The notes below the pieces were generated by a model. The model ran no database searches. It had not been told where the DNA came from and worked only from the letters and a program-made list of their open reading frames with translations. A stretch of 64,000 bases of DNA from Epithemia pelagica (taxonomy: Eukaryota; Protista; Bacillariophyta). Within the stretch, counting starts at the first letter, position 1, and each line of letters starts with the position of its first letter. Below are positions 21,512 to 31,826 of this stretch, one piece after another. Location of the stretch: the NCBI GenBank assembly GCA_946965045.2, contig OX337240.1, forward strand, positions 868,001 through 932,000, given 5' to 3'. The position numbers and the translations under genes are program-made.

Positions 21512-22393
21512 ATGACGATGATGAGAAACATGGCAGTACTTGGCCCACCCGGAAGCGGGAAGGGGTTTTATGGGAAGCCTCTAGCAGAGTGCCTTGGCTT
21601 CACCGTCGTGACGGTTTCCTCTGTCTTGCGAAAGTCCAGTCTGATTGATCCAAATCTTTTGGATTCTGGGAACTTGATTGACTGTCAAAACGTTTGTGAT
21701 GTACTTCTCGACTTTATCTCTCAATCAAAAGGAACAGACCGTCAAGACTCAGCTTCTCCGAAATCAGAATCATCAACGGCATCGCCTCCCGCTGCCGAGA
21801 AGACTAGTTCAACACAGATGGGTACAGGAGGAGGAGGAGTGATTGTGGATGGGTTTCCCCGGACGTCATTGCAAATTGCGCTGATGGAGCAACAATGGCC
21901 GAAAGAACTCCAAATACAAGCAGCGATACACGTGGATGTTCCCGATTCGGTTTGTGAGGCCAAAATGTTGGGAAGGCGAGTGTGTTCGGTTTGTCACCGA
22001 TCGTTTAATGTGGCAACTGTCGACTGGGATGAGTTTGATTTACCAGCCATTGTGCCCAACGCACAGGGAAAACAAGATCAAGAGTGCATTCGTCACTTTG
22101 GAAAGGTCTGTGAACCCACCCTGATAGAGTTTCCCGATTTGAGTTCTTCCATGAACCACCAAGAGCCGGGGACGAATGATAGTGCAGGCTTGTCTTGGTG
22201 GACGCAACGCAAAGATGACTCCGATGCAGAAATTGTCATGGGACGCTTACGGATACACCGAGAGCATGAAGAACCCATCCTCCAGCACTATCGACAGCGC
22301 GGGAAACTATTCACGTATACGCCGAAAGATGGTGTAAGAGATATTCCGGATATGCAAAGAGCGCTCAAGCTTTGGTGGTCCCAGTTCGAATGA
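21512..22393 (+). CDS. Adenylate kinase family protein
   Basis: P-loop GPPGSGKG, VDGFPRT, and LID GRRVCSVC. Confidence 0.9.
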   Translation: MTMMRNMAVLGPPGSGKGFYGKPLAECLGFTVVTVSSVLRKSSLIDPNLLDSGNLIDCQNVCDVLLDFISQSKGTDRQDSASPKSESSTASPPAAEKTSSTQMGTGGGGVIVDGFPRTSLQIALMEQQWPKELQIQAAIHVDVPDSVCEAKMLGRRVCSVCHRSFNVATVDWDEFDLPAIVPNAQGKQDQECIRHFGKVCEPTLIEFPDLSSSMNHQEPGTNDSAGLSWWTQRKDDSDAEIVMGRLRIHREHEEPILQHYRQRGKLFTYTPKDGVRDIPDMQRALKLWWSQFE

Positions 22394-23768
22394 CAGTCGG
22401 TTGCATGTTTACGTGTCGCTGTCGGCCCATTGCACTGTTACGTGATCTGAGACTCTCAGGGACATCTCCCTCTTCAGAGCTCTCAACCGTGGAATTCGTC
22501 CACCATAGCTTGGCGAACTTACGGGCCAAGGCACTATTTGGTACTGCTACAAGTCAGAAAAATATTCCAGGCTTGAAACATGTGAAGAACTATGTTGCGA
22601 TCAAACAAGTGGCTCTTAACTAAGTATGGAGTTTTTTGAAGAGTGCTCGAGTTGTGCTGTGCCTTGCGCTCAAAGTTCCTGCGTTTACCTGGTGACAACA
22701 ACACGCAATTGATAGAAACAACCACTGATGACCGTGCCAACGGGAGCCCTTCTGACTAACCGCATCCACAGTTACGACAAGGTCCAAGCTACCCATTGTA
22801 GGCACCACAATATTGACAGTACCATCCCGGAGGAGGTGCCGCACCAACACCACCCTTTGTAGTAGTCAGGGCCTCCTCAATCACTTCACAGCCCATCAAA
22901 CTGGAGCCGACGAAACAACGACAAAATGGGTAAGGAAGGAGTATCTTCTCGATTGACAACAATAACTCTGCTCCTTGGTTCGACTCACATGTTACTTTTC
23001 TCCAAAGTCATCTTTTTGTTTGCTCACTTGATTAGTGTTCGTCTTCTGTTGATGGAAATCTGAAGGATTCAAGTTTTATGAGCACAGAATGCTGCACATT
23101 CTGGCTATATCCTTTTCTGCGCGAATGGATCTTTCTATCCCCGACACCTCATTCTCTTTCTTGTCTTTGGGTCACTGTGACTGCCTGCATCCTTCAGGCC
23201 AGTCGCGTTCGAATTGGTGTGTCTATTGATTGAAATTTTGGGGGGATATGTAGGACTTGAATCGCGTTGAAATTTTGGATAACCCCAAGGATTCAATCGC
23301 GTTCCATGAGAATCATGCCTGGTTCCCTTTTGTACTGTAAACGGTTTTCTTGGAAGATATTTCTGTGGGGAACGTGCTCGAATCCAAAGACTCTCATATG
23401 CATACTCATCAATGTCGTGCTGATTGGAATGTTTCGCTGTGACAGTGACTTTTCCACTGGATCCGGATGGTGTATATGGTGACTGTTGTCGGTGTCGGCC
23501 TCCCGAGCGAGGCGTTAGTTGCCCATGTAAGGGCACAAGATATCAACCTTGTTGTGGCGGACAATGAAGTTGCAGGTGAGCAATCTTGGAAACACTGTTT
23601 GGTGTGCACAGCGGATTAGGTTATTCTGATCAATCTAGGTAGTGCGATGGATGAGTCCCATTCAAGACAAACAGTTCATTGAAGGAGGAGGGAGTTAAAC
23701 AGATTGAATTGATAAACAGGCTGTGGACCCCCCATCCCCTACCTGGTGTTCAAAAGGTCCTGAGTCCT

Positions 23769-24336
23769 GGAACACTCGGAACTTTGTAGTTGGGGACACA
23801 TAGCCTCGATTGCTAGGAGACACTTCTCGTCCTCTAGCTGGCGACGCTCTAGTCTCGATTGTCTTGTAGGCTTTAGTGGGTAGTCCTGTAGGGTAGAAAA
23901 GGGCAATACATCTGGACACGAGTACATATTTGGACAACATCTCCTCAACGGAGAATTTTTAGTCTTGTAGTGGACAGCGTGACATAATTGATTTAACATT
24001 TTCAATCCCGTATGTGCCCAGACAAAATAATATCCCTAAGTAGCGATTCCTGCGGTCCGTTGAAGAAGAGAATGTACTGGAAGTAAATACACTACCATAG
24101 AGCACCGAGATCCCGGAGAGCCGGGGGATGTCCGTTCCTGTTAATATCGCCTACGGGAATCACAAACCAATCAGCGATCGAACTGGACAACTGGACAACT
24201 GGACAAATCGAACTGGACAACTGGACAACTGGACAACGAACTGGACAACTGGACAACTGGACAACTGGACAACTGGACAACTGGACAACTGGACAACTGG
24301 ACAACTGGACAACTGGACAACTGGACAACTGGATAA
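23769..24336 (+). repeat. Left inverted-repeat arm, ending in an (CTGGACAA)n array (about 18 units, 24180-24336)
   Basis: GGAACACTCGGAA...GATTGCTAGGAGACACTTCT, CTCAACGGAGAA, ATCCCGTATGTGC and GAGCCGGGGGATGTC all match the reverse complement of the right arm. Confidence 0.9.
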
Positions 24337-24494
24337 ACGATGCAACAATAGAAGGACACAACAAACAAGCCAACGAACGAACTAACAATCAAGGACGCAA
24401 CAAACAAATAACCCAACAATCAACCAGGATTTTACTATGGAGAATTAGTTCTACCTATGGGTTTTGGTGATCAGGTACGAGTGGCAGGTACGAG

Positions 24495-24908
24495 TCAGCC
24501 GGAGGAAGACATCTGATCAGAGTCGAACACAACAGGGCGAAACCAAGCCTTTGAGCCCTTGTTTCGCTGTTTGTCGATGGCACGCTGAAGTCGGAGCTTG
24601 AAGAGGGCGGTCATCTGGTCGGGGCTCTGAAGCCCACACTGAGCGAACTGCTTGACAAGGTGGTTAAGCTTTTTTTCAAGGTCAAGGTGCTGTTGCAAGA
24701 TGGCTTCTTCAACGCATCGGGGAGGCTTGATCGTGCTCTCAAGAGCCACACTCTCCTTGGAAACAAGGGTATATTTGACGGCACCCTCGCCCATGTCGAT
24801 AATGACGGGAAGCATGCATTTGGTTGCTGAGCGTTGTGTGTTCAGCCAACCTTTACTTCCGACAAACGTGCCGCCAATGAAGCGGATAGGTTCGCCTCGA
24901 CCGTCCAT
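24495..24908 (-). CDS. Element ORF-A: 137 aa, KOW/SH3-like N-terminus plus helical C-terminus
   Basis: ATG ORF. GEPIRFIGGTFVGSKGWL fits the KOW pattern G-x2-h-x-h-x2-G-x-F/Y-x-G-x2-G (inference). Confidence 0.65.
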   Translation of the reverse strand: MDGRGEPIRFIGGTFVGSKGWLNTQRSATKCMLPVIIDMGEGAVKYTLVSKESVALESTIKPPRCVEEAILQQHLDLEKKLNHLVKQFAQCGLQSPDQMTALFKLRLQRAIDKQRNKGSKAWFRPVVFDSDQMSSSG

Positions 24909-24952
24909 GATTCAACAATCAACCAATTGCCTGAGTGGAACAACAAGTAAAG

Positions 24953-25054
24953 ACGCAACAATCAAAGCAAGAAAGAGGGTCCGAGAAGAGTGGAAAGATT
25001 TGAACGCAACAATCAAAGCAAGAAAGAGGGTCCGAGAAGAGTAGAAAGATTTGA
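24953..25054 (+). repeat. 51 bp two-copy tandem repeat between ORF-A and the transposase (also at 28567-28668)
   Basis: ACGCAACAATCAAAGCAAGAAAGAGGGTCCGAGAAGAGT(G/A)GAAAGATTTGA x2, one mismatch. Confidence 0.9.
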
Positions 25055-25302
25055 GACAAAGAGTCTCGCTGTTCATTCGGCCTGCGTCCAGTCGAAGGGT
25101 GCCCCGCGGGAAGTGACATCCCCAACAACGTAGATTTAAGTCTCCTATTAGTCACAACTTCTATGGATTCAAATGCTTTAGTATGTGCTCGCTCTTCATC
25201 TACTTTATTGGTTCACTTTCTACTTTACAGGCTCGCCTTTTCATCTACTTGCCTCTCCTGTCTTTTGTACTCGTAGGATCATAAGCTTTGCCGAACACGA
25301 AA

Positions 25303-26220
25303 ATGAGACTCTTGCTTCCTGATGATATGATGCAACATGGCATCAAGCTTTTGGGCTTTTCATACGATTCTGTCATGAAGATGTCCCCCGCAAAGCAGGA
25401 GAAGGTCTTTCGCTCACACTATGGTTCGTCGCCCCTGGTGGTTGCACATGTGTGGTATGATCTTACCACAACCGACATCGCAAGTTCCAAGCTCAACGAC
25501 AGTGAGAAGACAGAGAAAGGATTGAAGAGGTTCTTTGTTGCGATGTATTTTCTGTTCACTTACCCAAAAAATGCGCATATCATTGCAACCATGTTTCACC
25601 AAAATGAGAAATATTCCCGGGGTGAGGCAGTGTGGCAGTGGGTCCGTAAGATCCAAGGCCTGAAAGCCAAAGTCATCATTTGGCCTCAATCACATGACGA
25701 CCCGAACCGTGAAGTGTATGTTGTTACAGTTGATGGGGTGGACATGAAGACATGGGAACCGATGCATGAAACCTTTCCGCATGACCGACAATTCTTTTCC
25801 AAGAAATTTGCGCATGGTGGGCTGAAGTACGAGTTGGCAGTGAGTGTATTTTGGGGTCGGCTTGTCTGGATCAATGGCCCGTACAAGGCAGGCTGTCATG
25901 ACCTGACCATCTTTCGAAACGGGCTTAAGGATCGCTTGGCAGATGGCAAGATGGCGATCGCTGACCGAGGATACGTTTCCTCTAGGGAAGATGAGGTCCA
26001 CAAATTGGCAACGCCCAGAGCCACCGACAGTACGGAACTAGCAAAGTTCAAGTCTCGTTGCCGATGCAGGCATGAGACATTCAATGGAAGGATCAAGAAC
26101 TTCCGCATTCTGTCTGACACATACCGCCACTCCCTGGACAACCATCAGGCAGCTTTCGAAGCGGTTTGTGTCCTTGTCCAGTATCAAATCATGAATGGTT
26201 CTACGTTGTTTAACATCTAG
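25303..26220 (+). CDS. DDE transposase, PIF/Harbinger-ISL2EU/IS5-like (DDE_Tnp_4-type), copy 1
   Basis: TVDGVD, FSKKFAHGGLKYELAV, VWINGPYKAG.HDLTIFR, IADRGY and RCRHETFNGRIKNF. The catalytic acidic residues appear intact. Confidence 0.88.
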   Translation: MRLLLPDDMMQHGIKLLGFSYDSVMKMSPAKQEKVFRSHYGSSPLVVAHVWYDLTTTDIASSKLNDSEKTEKGLKRFFVAMYFLFTYPKNAHIIATMFHQNEKYSRGEAVWQWVRKIQGLKAKVIIWPQSHDDPNREVYVVTVDGVDMKTWEPMHETFPHDRQFFSKKFAHGGLKYELAVSVFWGRLVWINGPYKAGCHDLTIFRNGLKDRLADGKMAIADRGYVSSREDEVHKLATPRATDSTELAKFKSRCRCRHETFNGRIKNFRILSDTYRHSLDNHQAAFEAVCVLVQYQIMNGSTLFNI

Positions 26221-26377
26221 AGAGTAGGTCTAACATGGCAAAATAACCAATAACCAATAACAAACGATCCTAAAAATAGTTATCATCTTGATGCATATTA
26301 TGACTACTTCTCTGTACCACGTGGCATATAACAGAAAAGGATTCGCTTTCTTCTTCTTCGTTACTCAGTACTAAAGC

Positions 26378-27970
26378 TCAAAGGGATGCAAAGAGAGAGT
26401 TGACATCAGTCACACCACCATCAGAGGATCCACCAACTGGGACAGACTTGCTGTCAGAGACCATCCAATAAACATAGACAGAAAAAAATGAGGTGCGCCC
26501 ACTCTGTTTTTTCATTGGCGCCGTCTTCCTCGTCATGTTGATGTTGTCCCCAGGGTGAATCACTGAGTTGTCTAACTCAACGCCCTCGGGGAAAATTCCA
26601 AGCCAATTCTTGCTACTGCATGCCTTGTTGAGCTTGCTCTTCATGAATGTTGAATGCAGCCGGTTGCTGACATTCTTCGAGTTGTCTCCGGTGAACTCTG
26701 CGTCTTCAAAACGCGACAAAAACTGATCAACATCATCATCCATCGAATCACGCCACGGACCTTCAATCAAGATGGCACGTCTCTCCAAGCCAGGGAAACC
26801 AGTGGCAATCCTTGCGCTGTACTTGTCGATATCCAGTGGCTCGACTTTCATTCGGATGATGTAGACGGTGCGTTCGTGTTTGTGATACACAACGCCAGGC
26901 ACTCGGAAGACCATCACCTCATGAGAATCGGGGTAGTCAAATGAGATGTTGACAATCTTCGGGTTTTGGATGGTGCCCAAAGGGAACTCGGTCATTTCGC
27001 CAGAGTTTCCGCTGCTGCTGTCGGTCGAGGACGACATGATGGGAACGGCTGTGATGGGAGCTGGGACTGAGGCTTGGTCAGGGAGGACGAAGGAAGGAGG
27101 TGCAAGTTGGATGCCTTGTGGCTCAGGAGATGGAGATTGAAAGCTGGAGAACCGCGGTGGAGTTGCAAAGGAGGGAAGGTCTCCTCCGAATGCAACGGCT
27201 CTCTTCGAAGTTGCACGCGGCGGCGTATGGAACCGTGCAGATGTTGCGCCGGTTGACTGGACCTTGCTGGGCGGGCGATGTATTTTGATGTCTCCTGCGC
27301 CTGCGCCTTCGTCAAGCTTGTGCTTGCTTGCCTGGACGCGCGGTTCAGAGGCAACGGACAAGTTCGTAAATCCACCAATCAACGCGAAATCGTCGATGTT
27401 TTGTTCCTCCTCCTCGGATGCCTCGTCGTCCACCGCGAGGTCTTCGAAATCGACGTCGTCAACGCTGCTCGTCGTGGTGCCGGAACTTGCTGGGCCACTG
27501 TAAGCAGCGAACGCCTCTCTGTTGGTGCCAAAGTTGCTGAGGATCCGAGTGTTCCACTCAGCAAGGGTCCGCTCACTGGGGGTGATCTTGTACTCGTCCA
27601 GGAGCTTCTTGTACTTCTCAATGTCAAGCTTGGTAAGTGACGAACAGCGCTTTTGAAAGCGGCGGAAGATCTTCCCAGAGCCGTACTTGTCACTTGACGA
27701 GGCTCCTCCCACGATGTCGGAAAAGAAGACTTCGGCTCGAGGCTTGGATGGGATGCTCTCGATGTCTTGCAAGAGAGTTTTCACCTGCTCGTTCGATAAG
27801 AATGAGGGATTCGGCATTATGAGAGGTTGTGAGCCTTTCTTTGCAAAGCAACAAACTACTCGTAGACCTGTCAAAAGCAACATTAGTCTTATTTTCATTC
27901 CTACGTATACGCAATCATAGGTACATCTTAGGCATTGGTACTGCGTTGCTGTGGAGCATTTTGGCGCCAT
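26378..27970 (-). CDS. Element ORF-C copy 1: unknown protein (helical N-domain, acidic/Ser-Pro linker, alpha/beta C-domain)
   Basis: 530 aa ORF convergent with the transposase; an alternative start at 27817 gives MPNPSF. No family recognised. Confidence 0.75.
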   Translation of the reverse strand: MAPKCSTATQYQCLRCTYDCVYVGMKIRLMLLLTGLRVVCCFAKKGSQPLIMPNPSFLSNEQVKTLLQDIESIPSKPRAEVFFSDIVGGASSSDKYGSGKIFRRFQKRCSSLTKLDIEKYKKLLDEYKITPSERTLAEWNTRILSNFGTNREAFAAYSGPASSGTTTSSVDDVDFEDLAVDDEASEEEEQNIDDFALIGGFTNLSVASEPRVQASKHKLDEGAGAGDIKIHRPPSKVQSTGATSARFHTPPRATSKRAVAFGGDLPSFATPPRFSSFQSPSPEPQGIQLAPPSFVLPDQASVPAPITAVPIMSSSTDSSSGNSGEMTEFPLGTIQNPKIVNISFDYPDSHEVMVFRVPGVVYHKHERTVYIIRMKVEPLDIDKYSARIATGFPGLERRAILIEGPWRDSMDDDVDQFLSRFEDAEFTGDNSKNVSNRLHSTFMKSKLNKACSSKNWLGIFPEGVELDNSVIHPGDNINMTRKTAPMKKQSGRTSFFSVYVYWMVSDSKSVPVGGSSDGGVTDVNSLFASL

Positions 27971-28212
27971 CCTTTTTGGCGCCGTCCTTATTCATACCTC
28001 TACGCAATCATAGGTACATTTTGGCCGTTGATACGCATTGCTATCCATTCGTGCCGTGCGTTGCATGGCATACATCACAGCGAAGCGACTGTTCGCGGGA
28101 AGCAGCTTCCCGTCAAGGGTGGGTCTTGTTTGACGCTATTCTATCAATGAAAGAGCATTGACATGGCAATCAAACTGTTTCTACTATCATCTTATCGCTC
28201 ATAACTTCTAAG

Positions 28213-28548
28213 ATGGCACCGATTGGAAAGGAAGGTTGGATTCCCTGGCGCAAGAGCGCAACTCGAGCTCTCATCGTTTCTGAGTTGGAAAGCGGTGGCA
28301 TTCCACTCACGCATGCAATTGGAGTCACGGCCGAAGATGTTTGGAGCAAGTACAAGGATCATGAAACTGTTGTGTCCGAGAAAGTGGTCAAGGAGCAGTT
28401 TCTTCTCCGTCTCAGGGACCACCAGAAACAAGTAGCTATCAAGAAACAATGTTCCTCACGTGAGGAAATCGCCCTCCGTCACGACCTTGCCATGCATCCT
28501 CCTCTCTGTCGCAACGCCTTCGGCCGTCACAATCAACCAATTGCCTGA
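28213..28548 (+). pseudogene. Element ORF-D copy 1, truncated by the duplication junction at 28528
   Basis: Identical to 31827-32387 up to ...NAFGR, then reads HNQPIA* from the next unit. Confidence 0.85.
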
Positions 28549-28916
28549 GTGGAACAACAAGTAAAGACGCAACAATCAAAGCAAGAAAGAGGGTCCGAGA
28601 AGAGTGGAAAGATTTGAACGCAACAATCAAAGCAAGAAAGAGGGTCCGAGAAGAGTAGAAAGATTTGAGACAAAGAGTCTCGCTGTTCATTCGGCCTGCG
28701 TCCAGTCGAAGGGTGCCCCGCGGGAAGTGACATCCCCAACAACGTAGATTTAAGTCTCCTATTAGTCACAACTTCTATGGATTCAAATGCTTTAGTATGT
28801 GCTCGCTCTTCATCTACTTTATTGGTTCACTTTCTACTTTACAGGCTCGCCTTTTCATCTACTTGCCTCTCCTGTCTTTTGTACTCGTAGGATCATAAGC
28901 TTTGCCGAACACGAAA

Positions 28917-29834
28917 ATGAGACTCTTGCTTCCTGATGATATGATGCAACATGGCATCAAGCTTTTGGGCTTTTCATACGATTCTGTCATGAAGATGTCC
29001 CCCGCAAAGCAGGAGAAGGTCTTTCGCTCACACTATGGTTCGTCGCCCCTGGTGGTTGCACATGTGTGGTATGATCTTACCACAACCGACATCGCAAGTT
29101 CCAAGCTCAACGACAGTGAGAAGACAGAGAAAGGATTGAAGAGGTTCTTTGTTGCGATGTATTTTCTGTTCACTTACCCAAAAAATGCGCATATCATTGC
29201 AACCATGTTTCACCAAAATGAGAAATATTCCCGGGGTGAGGCAGTGTGGCAGTGGGTCCGTAAGATCCAAGGCCTGAAAGCCAAAGTCATCATTTGGCCT
29301 CAATCACATGACGACCCGAACCGTGAAGTGTATGTTGTTACAGTTGATGGGGTGGACATGAAGACATGGGAACCGATGCATGAAACCTTTCCGCATGACC
29401 GACAATTCTTTTCCAAGAAATTTGCGCATGGTGGGCTGAAGTACGAGTTGGCAGTGAGTGTATTTTGGGGTCGGCTTGTCTGGATCAATGGCCCGTACAA
29501 GGCAGGCTGTCATGACCTGACCATCTTTCGAAACGGGCTTAAGGATCGCTTGGCAGATGGCAAGATGGCGATCGCTGACCGAGGATACGTTTCCTCTAGG
29601 GAAGATGAGGTCCACAAATTGGCAACGCCCAGAGCCACCGACAGTACGGAACTAGCAAAGTTCAAGTCTCGTTGCCGATGCAGGCATGAGACATTCAATG
29701 GAAGGATCAAGAACTTCCGCATTCTGTCTGACACATACCGCCACTCCCTGGACAACCATCAGGCAGCTTTCGAAGCGGTTTGTGTCCTTGTCCAGTATCA
29801 AATCATGAATGGTTCTACGTTGTTTAACATCTAG
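28917..29834 (+). CDS. DDE transposase, copy 2 (identical protein)
   Basis: Same translation as copy 1, offset +3614. Confidence 0.88.
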   Translation: MRLLLPDDMMQHGIKLLGFSYDSVMKMSPAKQEKVFRSHYGSSPLVVAHVWYDLTTTDIASSKLNDSEKTEKGLKRFFVAMYFLFTYPKNAHIIATMFHQNEKYSRGEAVWQWVRKIQGLKAKVIIWPQSHDDPNREVYVVTVDGVDMKTWEPMHETFPHDRQFFSKKFAHGGLKYELAVSVFWGRLVWINGPYKAGCHDLTIFRNGLKDRLADGKMAIADRGYVSSREDEVHKLATPRATDSTELAKFKSRCRCRHETFNGRIKNFRILSDTYRHSLDNHQAAFEAVCVLVQYQIMNGSTLFNI

Positions 29835-29991
29835 AGAGTAGGTCTAACATGGCAAAATAACCAATAACCAATAACAAACGATCCTAAAAATAGTTATCAT
29901 CTTGATGCATATTATGACTACTTCTCTGTACCACGTGGCATATAACAGAAAAGGATTCGCTTTCTTCTTCTTCGTTACTCAGTACTAAAGC

Positions 29992-31584
29992 TCAAAGGGA
30001 TGCAAAGAGAGAGTTGACATCAGTCACACCACCATCAGAGGATCCACCAACTGGGACAGACTTGCTGTCAGAGACCATCCAATAAACATAGACAGAAAAA
30101 AATGAGGTGCGCCCACTCTGTTTTTTCATTGGCGCCGTCTTCCTCGTCATGTTGATGTTGTCCCCAGGGTGAATCACTGAGTTGTCTAACTCAACGCCCT
30201 CGGGGAAAATTCCAAGCCAATTCTTGCTACTGCATGCCTTGTTGAGCTTGCTCTTCATGAATGTTGAATGCAGCCGGTTGCTGACATTCTTCGAGTTGTC
30301 TCCGGTGAACTCTGCGTCTTCAAAACGCGACAAAAACTGATCAACATCATCATCCATCGAATCACGCCACGGACCTTCAATCAAGATGGCACGTCTCTCC
30401 AAGCCAGGGAAACCAGTGGCAATCCTTGCGCTGTACTTGTCGATATCCAGTGGCTCGACTTTCATTCGGATGATGTAGACGGTGCGTTCGTGTTTGTGAT
30501 ACACAACGCCAGGCACTCGGAAGACCATCACCTCATGAGAATCGGGGTAGTCAAATGAGATGTTGACAATCTTCGGGTTTTGGATGGTGCCCAAAGGGAA
30601 CTCGGTCATTTCGCCAGAGTTTCCGCTGCTGCTGTCGGTCGAGGACGACATGATGGGAACGGCTGTGATGGGAGCTGGGACTGAGGCTTGGTCAGGGAGG
30701 ACGAAGGAAGGAGGTGCAAGTTGGATGCCTTGTGGCTCAGGAGATGGAGATTGAAAGCTGGAGAACCGCGGTGGAGTTGCAAAGGAGGGAAGGTCTCCTC
30801 CGAATGCAACGGCTCTCTTCGAAGTTGCACGCGGCGGCGTATGGAACCGTGCAGATGTTGCGCCGGTTGACTGGACCTTGCTGGGCGGGCGATGTATTTT
30901 GATGTCTCCTGCGCCTGCGCCTTCGTCAAGCTTGTGCTTGCTTGCCTGGACGCGCGGTTCAGAGGCAACGGACAAGTTCGTAAATCCACCAATCAACGCG
31001 AAATCGTCGATGTTTTGTTCCTCCTCCTCGGATGCCTCGTCGTCCACCGCGAGGTCTTCGAAATCGACGTCGTCAACGCTGCTCGTCGTGGTGCCGGAAC
31101 TTGCTGGGCCACTGTAAGCAGCGAACGCCTCTCTGTTGGTGCCAAAGTTGCTGAGGATCCGAGTGTTCCACTCAGCAAGGGTCCGCTCACTGGGGGTGAT
31201 CTTGTACTCGTCCAGGAGCTTCTTGTACTTCTCAATGTCAAGCTTGGTAAGTGACGAACAGCGCTTTTGAAAGCGGCGGAAGATCTTCCCAGAGCCGTAC
31301 TTGTCACTTGACGAGGCTCCTCCCACGATGTCGGAAAAGAAGACTTCGGCTCGAGGCTTGGATGGGATGCTCTCGATGTCTTGCAAGAGAGTTTTCACCT
31401 GCTCGTTCGATAAGAATGAGGGATTCGGCATTATGAGAGGTTGTGAGCCTTTCTTTGCAAAGCAACAAACTACTCGTAGACCTGTCAAAAGCAACATTAG
31501 TCTTATTTTCATTCCTACGTATACGCAATCATAGGTACATCTTAGGCATTGGTACTGCGTTGCTGTGGAGCATTTTGGCGCCAT
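29992..31584 (-). CDS. Element ORF-C copy 2 (identical protein)
   Basis: Same translation as copy 1, offset +3614. Confidence 0.75.
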   Translation of the reverse strand: MAPKCSTATQYQCLRCTYDCVYVGMKIRLMLLLTGLRVVCCFAKKGSQPLIMPNPSFLSNEQVKTLLQDIESIPSKPRAEVFFSDIVGGASSSDKYGSGKIFRRFQKRCSSLTKLDIEKYKKLLDEYKITPSERTLAEWNTRILSNFGTNREAFAAYSGPASSGTTTSSVDDVDFEDLAVDDEASEEEEQNIDDFALIGGFTNLSVASEPRVQASKHKLDEGAGAGDIKIHRPPSKVQSTGATSARFHTPPRATSKRAVAFGGDLPSFATPPRFSSFQSPSPEPQGIQLAPPSFVLPDQASVPAPITAVPIMSSSTDSSSGNSGEMTEFPLGTIQNPKIVNISFDYPDSHEVMVFRVPGVVYHKHERTVYIIRMKVEPLDIDKYSARIATGFPGLERRAILIEGPWRDSMDDDVDQFLSRFEDAEFTGDNSKNVSNRLHSTFMKSKLNKACSSKNWLGIFPEGVELDNSVIHPGDNINMTRKTAPMKKQSGRTSFFSVYVYWMVSDSKSVPVGGSSDGGVTDVNSLFASL

Positions 31585-31826
31585 CCTTTTTGGCGCCGTC
31601 CTTATTCATACCTCTACGCAATCATAGGTACATTTTGGCCGTTGATACGCATTGCTATCCATTCGTGCCGTGCGTTGCATGGCATACATCACAGCGAAGC
31701 GACTGTTCGCGGGAAGCAGCTTCCCGTCAAGGGTGGGTCTTGTTTGACGCTATTCTATCAATGAAAGAGCATTGACATGGCAATCAAACTGTTTCTACTA
31801 TCATCTTATCGCTCATAACTTCTAAG

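Noticed and set aside
23135-23536. piggyBac-like motif (IDE...KYLPRKP) in the 133 aa ORF
   Set aside because: Spacing and flanking residues do not fit, and there are no other piggyBac blocks or TTAA ends.
24180-24336. CRISPR-like array
   Set aside because: Contiguous 8-mers with no unique spacers, no cas genes, and a eukaryotic context.
24092-24419. ORFs with QLDNWTTG / VVQLSSCP repeats (also 32384-32731)
   Set aside because: They are translations of the 8 bp array, which has no stop codon in any frame; there is no evidence of coding.
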